Of a stretch of DNA of 64,000 nt, positions 38,496-53,829 are shown piece by piece (position 1 is the first letter of the stretch; the number at the start of each line of letters is the position of its first letter). The DNA comes from the human T2T-CHM13v2.0 reference genome, Homo sapiens. The notes under the pieces were generated by a model that saw nothing but the letters and a program-made list of their open reading frames with translations, was not told the DNA's origin and made no database searches. Location of the stretch: NCBI RefSeq assembly GCF_009914755.1, contig NC_060931.1. One strand, given 5' to 3'. A program made the position numbers and the translations under genes.

Positions 38496-41400
38496 ACTAA
38501 AGAGTCTTAATGAACCTGGTAAACCAGATTCTCAGCAACTTGTGATATTTCCGGGAAACTTTTTTAACAGAATGGGATGAAACATGGCCCCTTTTGCAGC
38601 ATTGGATGTGGCCACGAGAGCCCTCTGTTGGAAGGGGTATCTCTCAGATCATTGGTACAACAGATGAGCAGTTGGGAACCTGTAGACTCTGAAGAAGGAA
38701 AGGTCAAAGTTCCATTTGTAGTCTTTCAGAATTAAAGGCTTGGCCTATAAGAATTTGTAGGGGTGGGTGGGTGGGGTCCTGGATCAACTGTGGGAAGAAG
38801 AAGGATTTTGTTCCCTGAATAATTCCCATTGCCGTTAATGGAAATGAAACTGTCAGGGCTACATTGGTTTGTTTTCATGGCCTCTGGACCAGGTTGCAGA
38901 ACTGGCATTACTCATTTTGCAATAAAAAAATGTCTGGCCGGGTCTTATGATGATAGTTTATAAATGCCCCTGTTGGTTTTCTCTCTCCTTATACACAATC
39001 ACTTTGAAGTTCCCGCAAAGTTAATATTTCACTTTGTTCCTAAGTCCCCATTTATGAACTTAATGAAGTCCAAGTATCAGAAGAGAAAGTTAAAGTTTAC
39101 ACATGCAACTTTGATTGTTCTCAAGTGACTCATTGGTTTAAAAAATTATTTAAAAAGTCAAAGCACTGTCATTTGCAAGAGACACTTTAATACCCAAGTT
39201 GAGGATTAGAAGTAAGACACAGAACTGTGGGCTATGCGTGTCCCAACACACCTTTAACAGAGTAAAAGCAGTTATATTTTACCACAGTACATATAAATTC
39301 CATGAAAATAATTCATGATATAAGGGACTTTTATTATGTTAATCTCAAATGATTTTAGGAAAGTTACAATTACTCCCCCTAGAAAGAACATTACATGTAT
39401 TAAGCATATCATTGTTTTTAATCTATCATAAACTACATTATTTCATTCTGCTTCATGACAACCCTTAACTTCATTGTTCCTCCTCTTCCAACAAAGAAAC
39501 AAGAAACCCGGGGCTTGGGAAAGCCAGGCGATTTGCCCAGGGTCGTAGAACTTGTGACTTGCGGGTCATTTCACGAACAGCCAGTTGCTAGAAGGTGGCT
39601 CGTCTGACTTCGAACAGGCTGTACTTTCCACTGGACCACATTGACACAGTGAGCAGATTTGCTGTGTGTCTCATTTTAAAGCTTCTAAACAAAGCGTTAT
39701 ATTAGGAATTATTTTCCTCTTCCCAATATCGGTACTCAGTGTCCTTGTGGCTTGATTCTAATCGTCTTCTGCTCTGGACTGATTTGTTCTTATGAAGAAA
39801 TAGGTGTGGCTGAGGGAATTCCTCGAGAAGAGATGTGTTCATTACACACATGCCTGCCTCTGTGATTTCTAAGAGAACAATCTCTGTGTGCATTTTTAGC
39901 CTTGAGCTATATGAATTTGAAAAGGATTGGGCAATACTATAAAGCTCTGTATACCTTTACTATATCGCAAGGTGATGAGTCTGAAATGTGAGTCTTCAGA
40001 CACAAGCATGTGTCTCACTTCTTCCAGTCATGATGGAGTCAGTTCAGATGAGAGGAAACTGAAATTGATGTTACCCTCCTGAAGGTTAGGAAGTGATGCC
40101 TGACCCAGCTCTCTCTCAGTGTAGCTTTGAAACACCCCCGAACTCTGGGATTGTAAAATGATATACATGGAGATTTTAATGCATTGGATTTTCTTTCCCC
40201 TCCAGTAAGTTCGGTGTAAAAATCAACCTACTCACAAGGAAAGGAAGAAGTGCTAGCACGCACGGGGTATTGACCACATACCACGTGCTATAGGGGTGGC
40301 TTTCAGTTTGTCACCTTCTTCCGTCCTCACAACGGCTCTGAGAGTTGGGAATTGGAGCGGTGGAAGTAACTTCTTCATGACCACCCAGTGGGCAGGGGAG
40401 CTGAAACCCTGCCGCCAGCTGTCCTGGCTTGAAGGAAAGCCTCTTCAAGAGCTCCTGGTCACCTGAGATTGACCACCGCCTGACCCCAGTGTGGCATGCA
40501 AGGCCTTTTCTGACCCTTTTCTTGTCACCCTGTCCCCCAACACACGCATGCACACGTCGCTTCACCTCAGCTGCTCCCTCTCCCTAGCTGTGTCCAAGAG
40601 GCCGGCAAAACAGAGCAATTCAAGTTTTCTGAGCCCAACAGCCAGTGTAATGCCTCTCAGCCTTTACACAGCATCTTCCAGTTCTTTGCAATGTCCCTCC
40701 CCATTGCCTTCCCCAGGCTCCTGTCCTGACTTGGGGAACTCCTGCCATGCTTTGTGGACCAATCCTGGGCATATCCTTCCCTGCAGTCTTCCCTGACCTA
40801 CACAAGCCTGCCTTGGTTATACCTTCAGTTGGCTGCCTCTCTGTAGCTTAGATACAGTTCTCATTGCACTGAGCACACCCCACCGGCGTGTTCTTTCATT
40901 AATTCATTCATGCTTAACTATTAATAATTAATAATAATTAAATATTCATTGAGCCCCTAATCTGTGTGAAACACGGTGCTGCCAATTGCACTTACAACGA
41001 CTAGCTCGGGATGGGCCAGTGACATAGGTTCAGTAAGGCAGCTCCTGGGTCTTTGCTGGAAGAATTAAGAAAGAAGTGGACTCTTTCTGCCTGGACTTGC
41101 TAAGGCACAGAACATAAACACGGAGCGACAGGGGCCACCTGGCTGGCACTTGGGGAGTCAGACATCAAAGAATGAAGCCATGGAAGAAAGCTGATGCTAG
41201 AGATGGAGAATGTGTTAAACCAAGAGCTTCATTCTGGAGAGGCTCAAGTGGGGAGTTCCCACCTTGGTTTTCTGTGCTGGTACATTTCTCTTTCTTTTTG
41301 TTCTATGCTATTTTGGGTGGAGTTTCTGTTTCCTATAGCCAGAAGAGCCCGAATGGAGTCCTAAAAACAAAAACAAAAACAAAACAGGCCATGCCTGGCA

Positions 41401-42360
41401 GAGAAGGCCCTTCTAAGGAAGGGAGTAGTTGGGCCAGCCTCGGGACACAGTTGGTGGAGGGGAAGGCTGCGAGGAGGGAGATGGCCAGGTTGGAGAGGGG
41501 GGAGGCTGGAGATGGGCGGGCTTGGGAAGGGCCACATAAAGTAGTCTCCAAAGTGTGGATCTTATGCCCAAATGGCTTAAGGAGCTGCCTGCAGTGTGAT
41601 TTTTAGAAGGATACATTGGTGGCAGGGTAGAGGATGGGCTGGAGACAGAGCCTGGGGCTCTGGGACATCAATGCAGTAACATTGAGGCATCTGCATTTTT
41701 GCTTTCAAAACCCAGTTGCTGTAGGCAAAATTTTAAAAGCCCGCCTTTTCCATTTTTAAATGATGACACTATTACCAAAGCTAATTGTCATCTTAGACTT
41801 GTAAGTGTTGAAGGCCTAAGTTGGTTAAATTGTTTTTTGTAAGTTTTACTGGGTTTGGGGAGAAGAGTGGGAGGAAGCAGGAAACCCATTATTCCACGGG
41901 GTTGGATAAATGCGGCCCCACAGAGCTGCGTTAACCTACAGGGCTTCTGTGTTCAAGACATAACCTTCTATTCTGCAAAGCCCTCTGCCATTTTCCTTAA
42001 ACATACACTTGGAATAAGTGATGAATGAATTAGCGTGTTTGCATTCTTTCTTCATTCTGCCTGCTACCTGCAAAGACAGAACTGTAGTATATGCCTTTCT
42101 CAGAAAAGCTGTGGACTTCAAATATTATCTCTGTTGAATTTTATCATAAAATAAAAAATACTCATTAACCTGAACTTCACAGTCTTAACCTTTAGAAGCT
42201 ATGAAAAAGTTATCTACTAATGAAATAGTTTAAAGGATATTGAAATGGAAATGTTGTTACTTAAGAGAGCAAAGGTTTTCTTCCAACTCAGAGTATACAC
42301 TTTAAAATGGGGTGAAAAAGGGCAGCAGTGTTGAGGCTGCTAATCATGTTGGCTCAAGTC

Positions 42361-42530
42361 CAGTAGTTCTCAAATTTTAGCGTACATGAGAATCCTGTAG
42401 AAGGTTTGTTAGTACACAGAGTTCCAGGCCCTCTCCCATCGTTTCTAGTACAGTAGGTGTGACCAGCGGCCCAGCTTCCCAGGAGACAGCCGATGTTGCT
42501 GGTCCGGGAACCACAGTTTGAAACCGCTGG
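42361..42530. mobile_element. MER5-type DNA transposon
   Basis: cagtagttctcaaatttt...gatgttgctggtccgggaaccacagtttgaaaccgctg. Similar relics at about 13387-13505, 32505-32680 and 61120-61640. Confidence 0.7.
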
Positions 42531-43197
42531 CCCGGGCAGTAGAGTAGCACAGTTAAGTATATAAGGCAACTGGAGAAGTAAGGCTAAATGACAGTGATTA
42601 ATTAGATGTAATCTGTAATCATATGCATATGTATGTATGCGTGTATATGTGTATGTATATGTATATGTATATTTCCAGCATTTTTATACTGACTCTCATA
42701 GAATATAAGCAAACTGCACCTTAGGCGTTCTCTAAGTAGTGATTGCTTTGATGCGACATTTCCTCCCATTGTGGAGCTCCTTGCTGGCCCCTGCAGGCAT
42801 CTCCCCTGCAGAGGAGGTGCTGCACAGTGGTTAGAGCGTGGGCTTCAGGGCCAGTGGCTGTGTGGCTGAGCCCTCCTAAGCCTCCTTCCCTTCCTTTGCA
42901 TGCCGCCGGGTAGCATCTCACCTGCACCTTCTTCGAAATACCAGCTACCTCTGCAGCGCGTCCTCTCCTTCTGGCTCCCCTGCCAGGGCCCCAGCTGCTC
43001 GCAGTCCTGAGCTGCGCCTCACTCAGTTCTGTGACCCCGCAGGACTTGCTGCAGCAAATGGGCTTTTGTATTTCCAAGGTACTTCATCAACATTTGTTGA
43101 GAAAAGGAAGGAAGAAAAAAGGAAAAGGAAGAGAGAGGGAGGAAGGAAGGAATTTTCCCAGGTTGCTCATTGTCTTTGTGACATTTTTTTACTGTAA

Positions 43198-43413
<216 letters not shown>

Positions 43414-43456
43414 AAAGTAGAGAAAGATCCATTAGGCAGAAAACCTAGAAGTTATT

Positions 43457-43538
43457 TAGGTTGAACCGTAATGCCACTGTTGATACCTGATAAGTTTTTG
43501 ATTTGCAAAAATCAGGCAATTTCATGTGGTTCAAACTA
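43457..43538. mobile_element. MADE2-like mariner MITE (palindromic)
   Basis: taggttgaacc ... ggcaatttcatgtggttcaaacta, about 80 bp with inverted termini. Confidence 0.7.
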
Positions 43539-45659
43539 ATATCTATTTAATACGAAGGTATATGAATCCTGGTAAGAATAACACAGTTTGCAAGTTTTAG
43601 AATACAGTCCACTAGGAGTGGATACTAAGCTTGCAGTTTATATGCTCTGGAAGGCCCTCTTTAAAAAAAATTAAGGCAAAAATACTAGTAAGGTATTGTA
43701 GATGGTGCCACGGAGAGGCCCCTGCCTGAGAGAACCTTGGAACTTGAGCATGTGCTTCAGAGCTTCATAGTAAAGACACGTGCTAGGGGCCTGGCTTGAA
43801 GATGGCAGCTCCTAGGACAAGCACATGTGAGGCTGGAGAGTCGCTTCTGAAGAATCTGTAGAATAGCACACCCACTTGGCAGGTAACTCAGGTGCCAGAA
43901 ATCCATACAGTCTGCTGAGTCAAGTGGAGAGATGAAGGATTGCTGGAGCGCCTTGTTGGTTTTGAACGGTGCTATTTCCAAGACAAAATGAGCCTCCACG
44001 TCGGACAGACTTCAGAGGCAGACAGTTTGTCCTTTCGTGGAAGTTCTCACGTTCGTATGTTTCATGCATTTTCCCTCAGATGGGATGTTTTGGAGTGGAA
44101 GTGGAGCTAACTAAGTAAATGTAAGCCACACCAGGCAGACACCCAAGTAGGGAGCAGGAACAGAAGCTGCGGAAACTTCTCGCGGAAGCGCGGGGAGGAG
44201 GCATGATGCCAAACATGGAGTCCTTGGCATTTTCAGAAAAGTTGCTGAGGGGCTTGCAGGAGAGTTGTGAGATCCAGAAATTACTATTTGACTGGGGAGT
44301 GGTAGGTGCCTTTATTGGGATGCTTTAAAGAAATCCTAATTCCATAGTTAGCTGAGCCCAGCAAACACAAGCTCATATGTTAGGAGTGGATGTCCAGAAA
44401 ATGAATTCTTTTTTTGTTTTGTTTTTAAATCTGGAAGCATGGCTTATCTGATTGCCCTCTGGGCTTAGCGAAAGCATACACCCCGTTGAGTATTGTGTTC
44501 TGGGCCACAGCCTAGCTGCTACTTCCCTCAGTTTCCCTCTGTCCAGGGGCTAAGCTCACTAAGATTCATTGGTGGGAGGTGGAAAGACCAGGACTCGTGG
44601 TCTCCTCCCTCGATTTTGGAACATGGAACTACCAGACCTGCCAGGATGGTGCTTTTTTCCTTGGCGTGCCTAATTTAAGTGTTTAAAATGCAAGTATTTT
44701 TAAACAAATTTGACAACCACAGGATGTGTCAATTAGCACTCTATGTATCTGGTAGCTCTGCCAGTCTAGCCTCGTGCTTGGCGAAACTCAGCAACATGAA
44801 TATTCATTAATAAGCCCATAAGAGGGATTCTGATGAACTGAAATTCTGGATTTTGAAGGGCCAGTCAGGATGACTTCTCAGCGTACCAGTATGCAGTGGG
44901 CACATGGTGGCAGTTCTTTTTTTAAATTTTCCAAGAACTGACAACTGTTAGGCCAGTCTTGGGTGTGCCTGTGTATAAAGTTTCTAGCAAACTTAGAGTC
45001 AACTTTCTGGGGTAGACACCTCAAGGCTTTGTTTAATTGTTAGTTAGATAGTTAGAAATAATCACCACCAATTTACACCTAGCACAGTGTTCTGAATCTA
45101 CTACCAGATTAAAACTCAGTCTAGAGGTATTGGGAATACTGGATATTCACATGCAGAAGAATGAATTTGGACTCTTACTTTTCACCAAATACACTAACAT
45201 TAAATTTATTAACTACCTACACATAAGACCTAAAATTATAGAACTCCTAGAAGAAAATATAGGGGAAAGCTCCATGATATTGGGGCTGGCAGTGATTTCT
45301 TGGATGTGACACCAAGAGCACAGGCAACAAAAGCACATATAGACAAAAAGGATAATATCAAACTTAAAATTTTCTATGTGTCAAAGGATGCAATCAACAA
45401 AGTGAAAAGGCAACTTATGGAATGGGACAAAATATTGCAAATCATATATCTAATAAGGGTTTAATATCCATAATGTATTTTTAAAAACTCCTACAACTCA
45501 ACAACAACAACAACAAAAGTAAATAACCCAATTTAAAAATGGGCAAAGGACTTGACATTTGTCCAAAGATGATACTCAGATGGCCAACAAGCATATGAAA
45601 AGATGCTCTACATCATTAATCATTAAGGAAATGCAAATGAAAACCACAAGGAAATATTA

Positions 45660-46060
<401 letters not shown>

Positions 46061-46663
46061 CTATGGAAAACAATATGGCAGTTCTTCAAAGAAACAAAAA
46101 TAGAATCACCATATGATCTAACAATTCCACTTCTGGGTATATAGCCAAAAGAATTGAAAGCAGGATCTCAAAGAGAAATTTGTATACCCATGTTCATAAC
46201 AGTATTATTCTCAATAGCCAAGAGGTAGAAGCAACTCAAGTGTCTATGGATGGATGAATGAATAAAGAAAATGTAGTATAGACATGCAGTGGAACATACT
46301 TTAGCTTTAGCTTCAAAAGGAAGGAAACCCTGTCCTGTGCTGTAACATGGATGAACTTTGAGGACATTATGCTAAGTGAAATATGTCAGACATATTCTGT
46401 CTAAGAATCTTTGTTTATACTAAGACAAATACTGTCTTAATATGAGGTATCTAAAGCAGTCATATTCACAGCAACAGAATGTGAAATGCAGAATGGTTGT
46501 CAAGGGCTGAGGGGAGAAGGAAATGGGGAATTGTTCAACAAGTTTTAGTTTTGCAAGATGAAAAAGTTCTGGAAATCAATTGTACAACAATGTGAGTATG
46601 CTTAACATTACTGAACTGTACACTTGAAACAGTTAAGATGATAAATTTTAGATTATATGGGTT

Positions 46664-46959
46664 GTTTTTTCTTCTTTTCTTTCTTTTTTTTTTTTGAGAT
46701 GGAGTTTTGCTCTTTTGCCCAGGCTGGGGTACAGTGGTGCCATCTTGGCTCACTGCAACCCCTGCCCCCGAGGTTCAAGCGATTCTTCTGCCTCAGCCTC
46801 CTGAGTAGTTAGGATTATAGGCACCCACCACCTAATTTTGGTATTTTTGGTAGAGACGGGGTTTCGCCATGTTGGCCAGGCTGATCTTGAGCTCAGGTGA
46901 TCCACCCGGCTCAGCCTTCCAAAGTGCTAGGATTACAGGCGTGAGCCACCATGTCCGGC
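46664..46959 (-). mobile_element. AluS
   Basis: TSD tatatgggtt at 46654-46663 and 46960-46969. Confidence 0.9.
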
Positions 46960-49089
46960 TATATGGGTTTTTAAACCACAACTAAATTTAGAAAGAAAAA
47001 CTCAATCTAGAGAAGCAGATAGTACCAACACCTTTCTTGTACTTTCAATGAAGGTCAACTCAAGTTCATTTCTCTTGCCCAGCACCAGAGGTTGATCTGA
47101 AGCCAGCCTGTCTGAGAGTCAGCAACAGAGTCAGCCGCACTGGGACTGTTCAGATCTTCAGCCTACCCAAGGGCAGACTCCCCAAATTAAAAATTACCCC
47201 CCATTTCCTGCCTTTGGGCTACTTTAGTGCCTCTCAGAAGTGTCCTCAGGGAAACGGCTCTGGAAGGAAGTAAAACTGAAGGCAGAGCTGGTAAAAAGTT
47301 CTGTGCACAGAGGAATGTGAGGCTACTGGCTAAAAACGACTGGGTTTCAAGTAGTCTTGCACCTGCCGCCCTAACCACACATAAGAGAAGTGACTATTGG
47401 GACAACCAAAGCTCCTTGATGCCTGCACTTCCTCCTGCTTTATTTCTTCATCTCCAAAGGGATTCATCCAATGACTTCTTTTGGCAGGAACATTCTAGCT
47501 CAGAGAAGGTGAGCTGAAAATTAAGAATAGCTGTTTGAGGAGAAAGTGAGAGAAGGGCTCATAAACGTCTGAGATAGAATGTACGTGAATGTCCATGAAG
47601 GCAACCACATGCCTGTGAGTGTAAGTCACACAGGAAGGTGCTGGCCGATGGTTTGTATGAGAGCACCCCCATCCTTGCCATGGCCACATTAAGAAGCTAT
47701 TTGAACACCGGCCCATATATATTGTGATTTTCTCAGAGGGGAAGATTTAAGGGACTTGAAGAAAGCAGACAGCGTTTCCTACTGAAATGCTGTCAGGCAA
47801 GCTATGCACAGAACTTCCAGTCACATATTTGGTGACTATTAACATGGGAATCACCGAATATGGGTATATTTTTATGCCACATAGGGACATAAAATTCCCT
47901 GCTATAATAGAAAAATGTGTAACATTCTCCTTTGAAATATCTGTACTCTGTTTAAATTAACAAGTATACATGGTCAGAATTCATGTATTTGTGTTAGTTT
48001 TCCAAGTGAGGATTTTTTTAATGACTTTCTCTTCCGGGTCAAGTGTGTTAATTTTAAGGATGACTTTAGCACTTTTTATTATAATGGATCTTTTTTAAAA
48101 GAATGATGGAAGGTTGGGCGTGGAACCTCTTTCAGCCTGAGCTTTAAGCAGCCCTTTGAGTGACCTGATAGATGTCAAATACACACAGGTGCAGCAGCCG
48201 GCACCCGCCAGGTGTGCTATCAATTCCAGCCACTGGTATACTACTAGTTTTTAAGGTAGTTCCAGAGTCATGGTTAAAAAATGAAGTCTCTGACTGTGAT
48301 GTTTCCTGCATGATCAAGGTCAAATTTTAAAGTCATTTTCCAGATCTAATAGACGGCCTCTCTCCCTGGCCACTCTCTGAGCAAAGTAGCCATAGCTGAG
48401 ATTTTCCTTCACAAATTAAATATATGTATATACTTAGAAAAGCAGTTGCTGATGTTTTGAAAAAGGAGTATTTACTTAGAAAAGCAAAACAAATTAGTAA
48501 ACTGCTTGCTTTACATAAATAAACTCTTTGGAATCATGTGGTATTTCTACGAGATGTCAGGGCTATTACCTGTGGTCAGATAAATTTGCATCTTACAAAG
48601 CTAACCAGGTTTCTTTTTCATAGGACTTCTCGGTGGGCTAGCTTACCCCAGAAATCTCCCAGAGGGGCTGGAAGCTGAGTGGTTCCCACTTTTATCTGCC
48701 CATGGAAAGCTTTCAGTGCTGGACATCTCTCAAACTAATGTTCTGAGAAACACACTTTGGGAGAAGTGGGGCAAATGCAAATGAAAAATAGAGAAAAAGC
48801 TTCCATGTTTAGGGGTGTGCTTCGTAACTTACACTGTTACAGCTCTTTTTACATACTTGACTTGTTAATTCTACTTCCTTCTTCAGGCTGCTTTTGACTT
48901 TGGCCTGTTCGTACCAAACCTTGCCTATCAAAGCATTATATAAATTGCTATAGAAAAGATTTCAACTGAATTAGGAACACCAAGGAAATGCTTTCAATTC
49001 CCAGATTCATAGAATGTTAGCACCCAGGGTGGAGAAAAGAAGGAAATGACGGGGACGTTTATTTCATGCTTATGTCCCAGCCCAGTGAT

Positions 49090-49445
49090 GGCCAGACTTG
49101 TCTCCCCTGACAATCAGTGGGTGCTGGAATGCACTGCCCCTGCACCCCGCAGGACTGAAGACTCATTCCCCCAGCAGCTGGGCAGGCTGCAGGCAGACGC
49201 CCCCAGGTGAAGGAAGCTGTGTTGTCCAAAGCCCACATCCAGTGACTGTGTAACCTGAGGGTATAAAAGCTCAGCTTCTTTGCTGCAATTTGGGACAAGT
49301 CTGAAGGACCAGCCACACTTCAGAATTCCCTGGGGTCAGCTGGGGTTTTTGTTGAGACTGCCTTGCCATACCTCCCCCTGCCCAATCTTGCATCCTGTGC
49401 ATGCCACTGGCCTTGGAATCTGCTTCCCAGAAAACCTGGCCAGCA
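49090..49445 (+). mobile_element. LTR16-like (ERVL) solo LTR
   Basis: gggtataaaagc...caatttgggacaagtctgaaggaccagcc...ctgcccaatcttgcatcc...aatctgcttcccagaaaacc follows the recalled LTR16 consensus. Confidence 0.65.
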
Positions 49446-51009
49446 ATGGTTCTCCAGGAAGGACGAAATCTCAGGCTAAAACTGGAAGTGGAAAGTAGCC
49501 ACTTTATTTTCTTTTTAATTCATTTTAATTTCCATCTCAAGCTTCCATTCTGCCTAATGGCAATATCATAGTCTTTGTCAATTTAGAGTAAATTCAGCCA
49601 GTTCAGGGATTCCCTCTCCCCACTTCCCCCTGGGCTTACGTCTCCTTTCCATGGGACTTCAGGAGTTGTCATCTCTCTGTGCCAGAATCCATTGAAACAT
49701 CCCATATCCTGGTCGCAGGCTGGTTTGTAGTCCATGCCCCATTTGTAGCTGCATCCTTTTTGGCTCAAATGCCAGGTCTTACCTGGCAGCTACCTCTCAG
49801 TGCCACGTCCTTGCCACTCATAGCTGCAAGGGAAGGACCATTCTTCTGCCTCCCACTCATGGTGGGCTACTTGGGGACAACATGAGGTTGCCTAATTTGC
49901 CACTATAGAAATTGTTTGTTTATAGGGCGGAAAACCCACTATAGTAGAGTTCCATTGTTTAGCACTGAAGTATTATTCAAAGTAAGTGATTTAGAGTTGT
50001 CCAGAAAGTCCTAAAGAAGAAGTTATTTTTTGGTGTCCCTGGGTGAAATAGAGGCCGTCAGACATGTTCTACAGAAATAGTTTTTAAATTAGTTCCATGC
50101 AACCTCCCACATTGCTTTAACATATCTTTATTGAGTACCTTCCATTTATGGGTTTGTTCAAGATGCCGGGGACATAGTAGAGAAACACATAGGGAAGACC
50201 CTTGATCTCCCCAGTTTTTTTTTAAATAGGAATTTGGTCCCTATTAAACCAGGACATCTTCAGCAGTGATTTCAATATGAGGACCACAAACAAGATGGCA
50301 TTTGCTTTCACTTCCCCTGTCGGAGTTAGGTGAGATCCCACTTTCGGTGGCCTCCCCCAAGGGAACATCAGCACTACCTTCTGCTCAGTCAATTGTCACA
50401 ACTGTTGACTCTCTAAATAGTCAGCAACTTAGACTTTCTCCATGAATTGGCAGTGCACAGGCCACATCTGGCTGACAGACATGTTTTGACTGGTTCGTAC
50501 ATTGTTTTTAAAAATATTTTTAATTTTGGAGATTTTACAAACATTTGGATTTCTAGTTTCTCTTTTTTAAAAAAAATCTGTTAGGCCAAAGTTCACAGCC
50601 TCATATGGCAACCAATTTAGCCAGAGTTTAAGTACTGCCTCGTCCACCGCGCTGCCTTCAGATGGGGCAGGTGCTTTGCAGTTCAGCACAGTCTGGTCAG
50701 ACAGCCACCCTCCCTCACCTCCTTTACCCTCTGGCCCCTGGAGGCCTATTCCTGGAGGATTTTGTCTTTACATTAATCAAGGCTGACAAAGCTGCATCCT
50801 GGGGCTTGTGATTCTGGCCCCACCTACTATAGTATTTACCTGACCAAGCTTCGGCTTGGTGCTTTGCACCTGCATCAAGAGATTTGACAAGCAGTGGATG
50901 TTGGTGACTCACACACTGTTGATTGTGATGTGGACTGTTTCACACCCTTAACAACCATCTCTATGACAGCCATTGGTGTTGATTGAGAGATCTCACTCGT
51001 TCGCTGTCC

Positions 51010-51361
51010 CTCTAGCAATGATAGGATGAAAGACCCAGCCCCCCTGCGGTTGGGTGAGGCCATATGGCACTTCAGACCAGTAAAGTATGAAAGGAGATGA
51101 TGTAGATTTCCAGATGAGCGCATTGTCTGCCTGTGCAAGATGCCCAGAGCTGTCTTCTCCTCCCACTACTGCAATCAGCAGCATCCAAGATGGTGGGTGC
51201 TGCCAGCTGAGTCCCGGAGGGAGGAGACACGGAGCAGACCCCCAGCTGAGGAACAGAGGACATGGAGCATGATTGAGATGTAGATCTTGGTAGATACAAG
51301 AAACTCAGGTTTTGGGATCTTTTGACCCTGCAGCATGACCTAGCCTGTACTGAGTAATACA
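51010..51361 (+). mobile_element. MLT1 (MaLR) LTR relic
   Basis: gtgaggccatatggc...ccaagatggtgg...ggagcagaccc...gcagcatgacctagcc...gagtaataca terminus. Confidence 0.6.
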
Positions 51362-51798
51362 GTCCATAAAAGAGACTTCTCCAAGAGTCCTGAGAAAAAT
51401 TCTTCTTAGAAGCTGGTTTCCACTTATCTTATGGATCCTAAGAATCTTCTTTAGCTTCTAGGAACTTTAGACCTAACTGTAGCAGAAGTGGGGTATTCGG
51501 GTAGGTGTTCTGACTTTTCCCCTGGTTTAATCTTATTTTTTCTACTTCTTATCATATTGTAAGTAGGCTATGATTTTTTTAAGGGAAGATCAATACTGTA
51601 TATAAAAATAAATTATTATATTGATATAATTTACTTTCAAATACATGTATATGTCTCCCTTGAAATAAATTAATTTGTACTGATATAAAACAATTAAAAC
51701 CCTGAGAATTTGCTGTACATATCTTACAGGGTGTGTGCATGAATGTGGTATTTAACTCTTGGGACTTATCCAGAACTTCTTTTTAAGAGTGGACTGTG

Positions 51799-52177
<379 letters not shown>

Positions 52178-52465
52178 TTACCTTTTATATGGTTAATAAT
52201 AATAAACAATTATGGACTAGTAGTTTAAAGTTGCCAGTGGTAAAGTGGAAATATTTATAAGGAAATGTGTGATTTGAGTTTCTTTTACGTATTTATTTTT
52301 GTTTGTATAGGAGAACTTGCTGGCATTTAGGGTTATTTGCCATTAGTTGCTTGAAGTAGTGACAACTGCCCCTAGATTCCTTCCATGACCTTTAACCCTA
52401 GCAAAGTCATTCTTGCTTAAAAAATGACATGAGACATATCCAGTCTCTCTGGAGTTACCTTCACT

Positions 52466-53383
52466 ACTAGTTTTCTATTGCTGTGTAACAAATTACCATA
52501 AACTTAACAGGTTAAAACAGCACTCAGATGTTCACTCAGTTCTGTAGGTCAGAAGTCCAGCAGACTCAGCCAGGTTCTCCACTCAGAGTATCACAAGGCC
52601 CAATTAGGCATGGACCAGGCGGACTCTTATCTGAGTGCTCTGGGGAGGAATGCACTTCCAATCTCATGCAAGTTATTGGCTGGATTCATTTCCTTGAGTT
52701 TGTAGATATGAGCTCCTTACTTCCTTGCTGGCTGTCCGCTGGGGACTGGCCATTGCTCCCGGTGGCTCCCATCTTCCTTCTCACATGGTCCCTCCGTCAT
52801 CACGTCCATCTGCCAGTGTCAAGTCTTTTTCACACTCTTAATCTCTCTGACTTCTCCTTCTGCCCACAGCTGGAGAAAACTCTCTGCTTATAAAGGATTC
52901 ATGATTATCTGGCTGGGTGCAGTGGCTCATGCCTATAATCCCAGCACTTTGGGAAGCCAAGGTGGGTGGATCACTTGAGGTCGGGAGTTCGAGACCAGCC
53001 TGGCCAACATGGGGAAGCTGTTTCTCTACTAAAAATACAAATATTAGTTGGGTATGGTGCACATGCAGTAATCCCAGTTACGTGGGAGGCTGAGGCACAA
53101 GAATCTCTTCAACCTGGGAGGCAGAGGTTGCAGTGAACTGAGATTGTGCCACTGCACTGCTAGCCTGGGTGATAGAGTAAGACTGTCTCAAAATAAATAA
53201 ATAATAAAGGATTCATGATTATCCACCTAGATCACATCCCTGTCTTTAGGTCGACTAATTACATCTGCAGAATCCCTTTTACCGTATAACATAATCATGT
53301 AACATGATGTCACATGGCATAATCAGGGGAGTAACTTTAGGTGTCAAAGGTCATAGGGGGCATCTGAAATTCTGCCTACCACA
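52466..53383 (-). mobile_element. MLT1D-like MaLR LTR, interrupted by an Alu
   Basis: tagttttctattgctgtgtaacaaattaccataaactta...ttctgtaggtcagaagtcc...attctgcctaccaca. Confidence 0.75.
52911..53203 (+). mobile_element. AluS
   Basis: 20-bp TSD ataaaggattcatgattatc at 52890-52909 and 53204-53223. Confidence 0.92.
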
Positions 53384-53531
53384 TCCTCTGTCCACTCTGC
53401 TACCTCGCTTCCATAGTCTTTGGTAACTGCATTTCTCCTGTTTATCCGCTACCAACTCCCATCCAAACTGGTTGCTACTCATATATCTGTTGACCAAGCA
53501 AGCTATTAGTTCAAGTGTATATTTTTTATTC

Positions 53532-53829
<298 letters not shown>

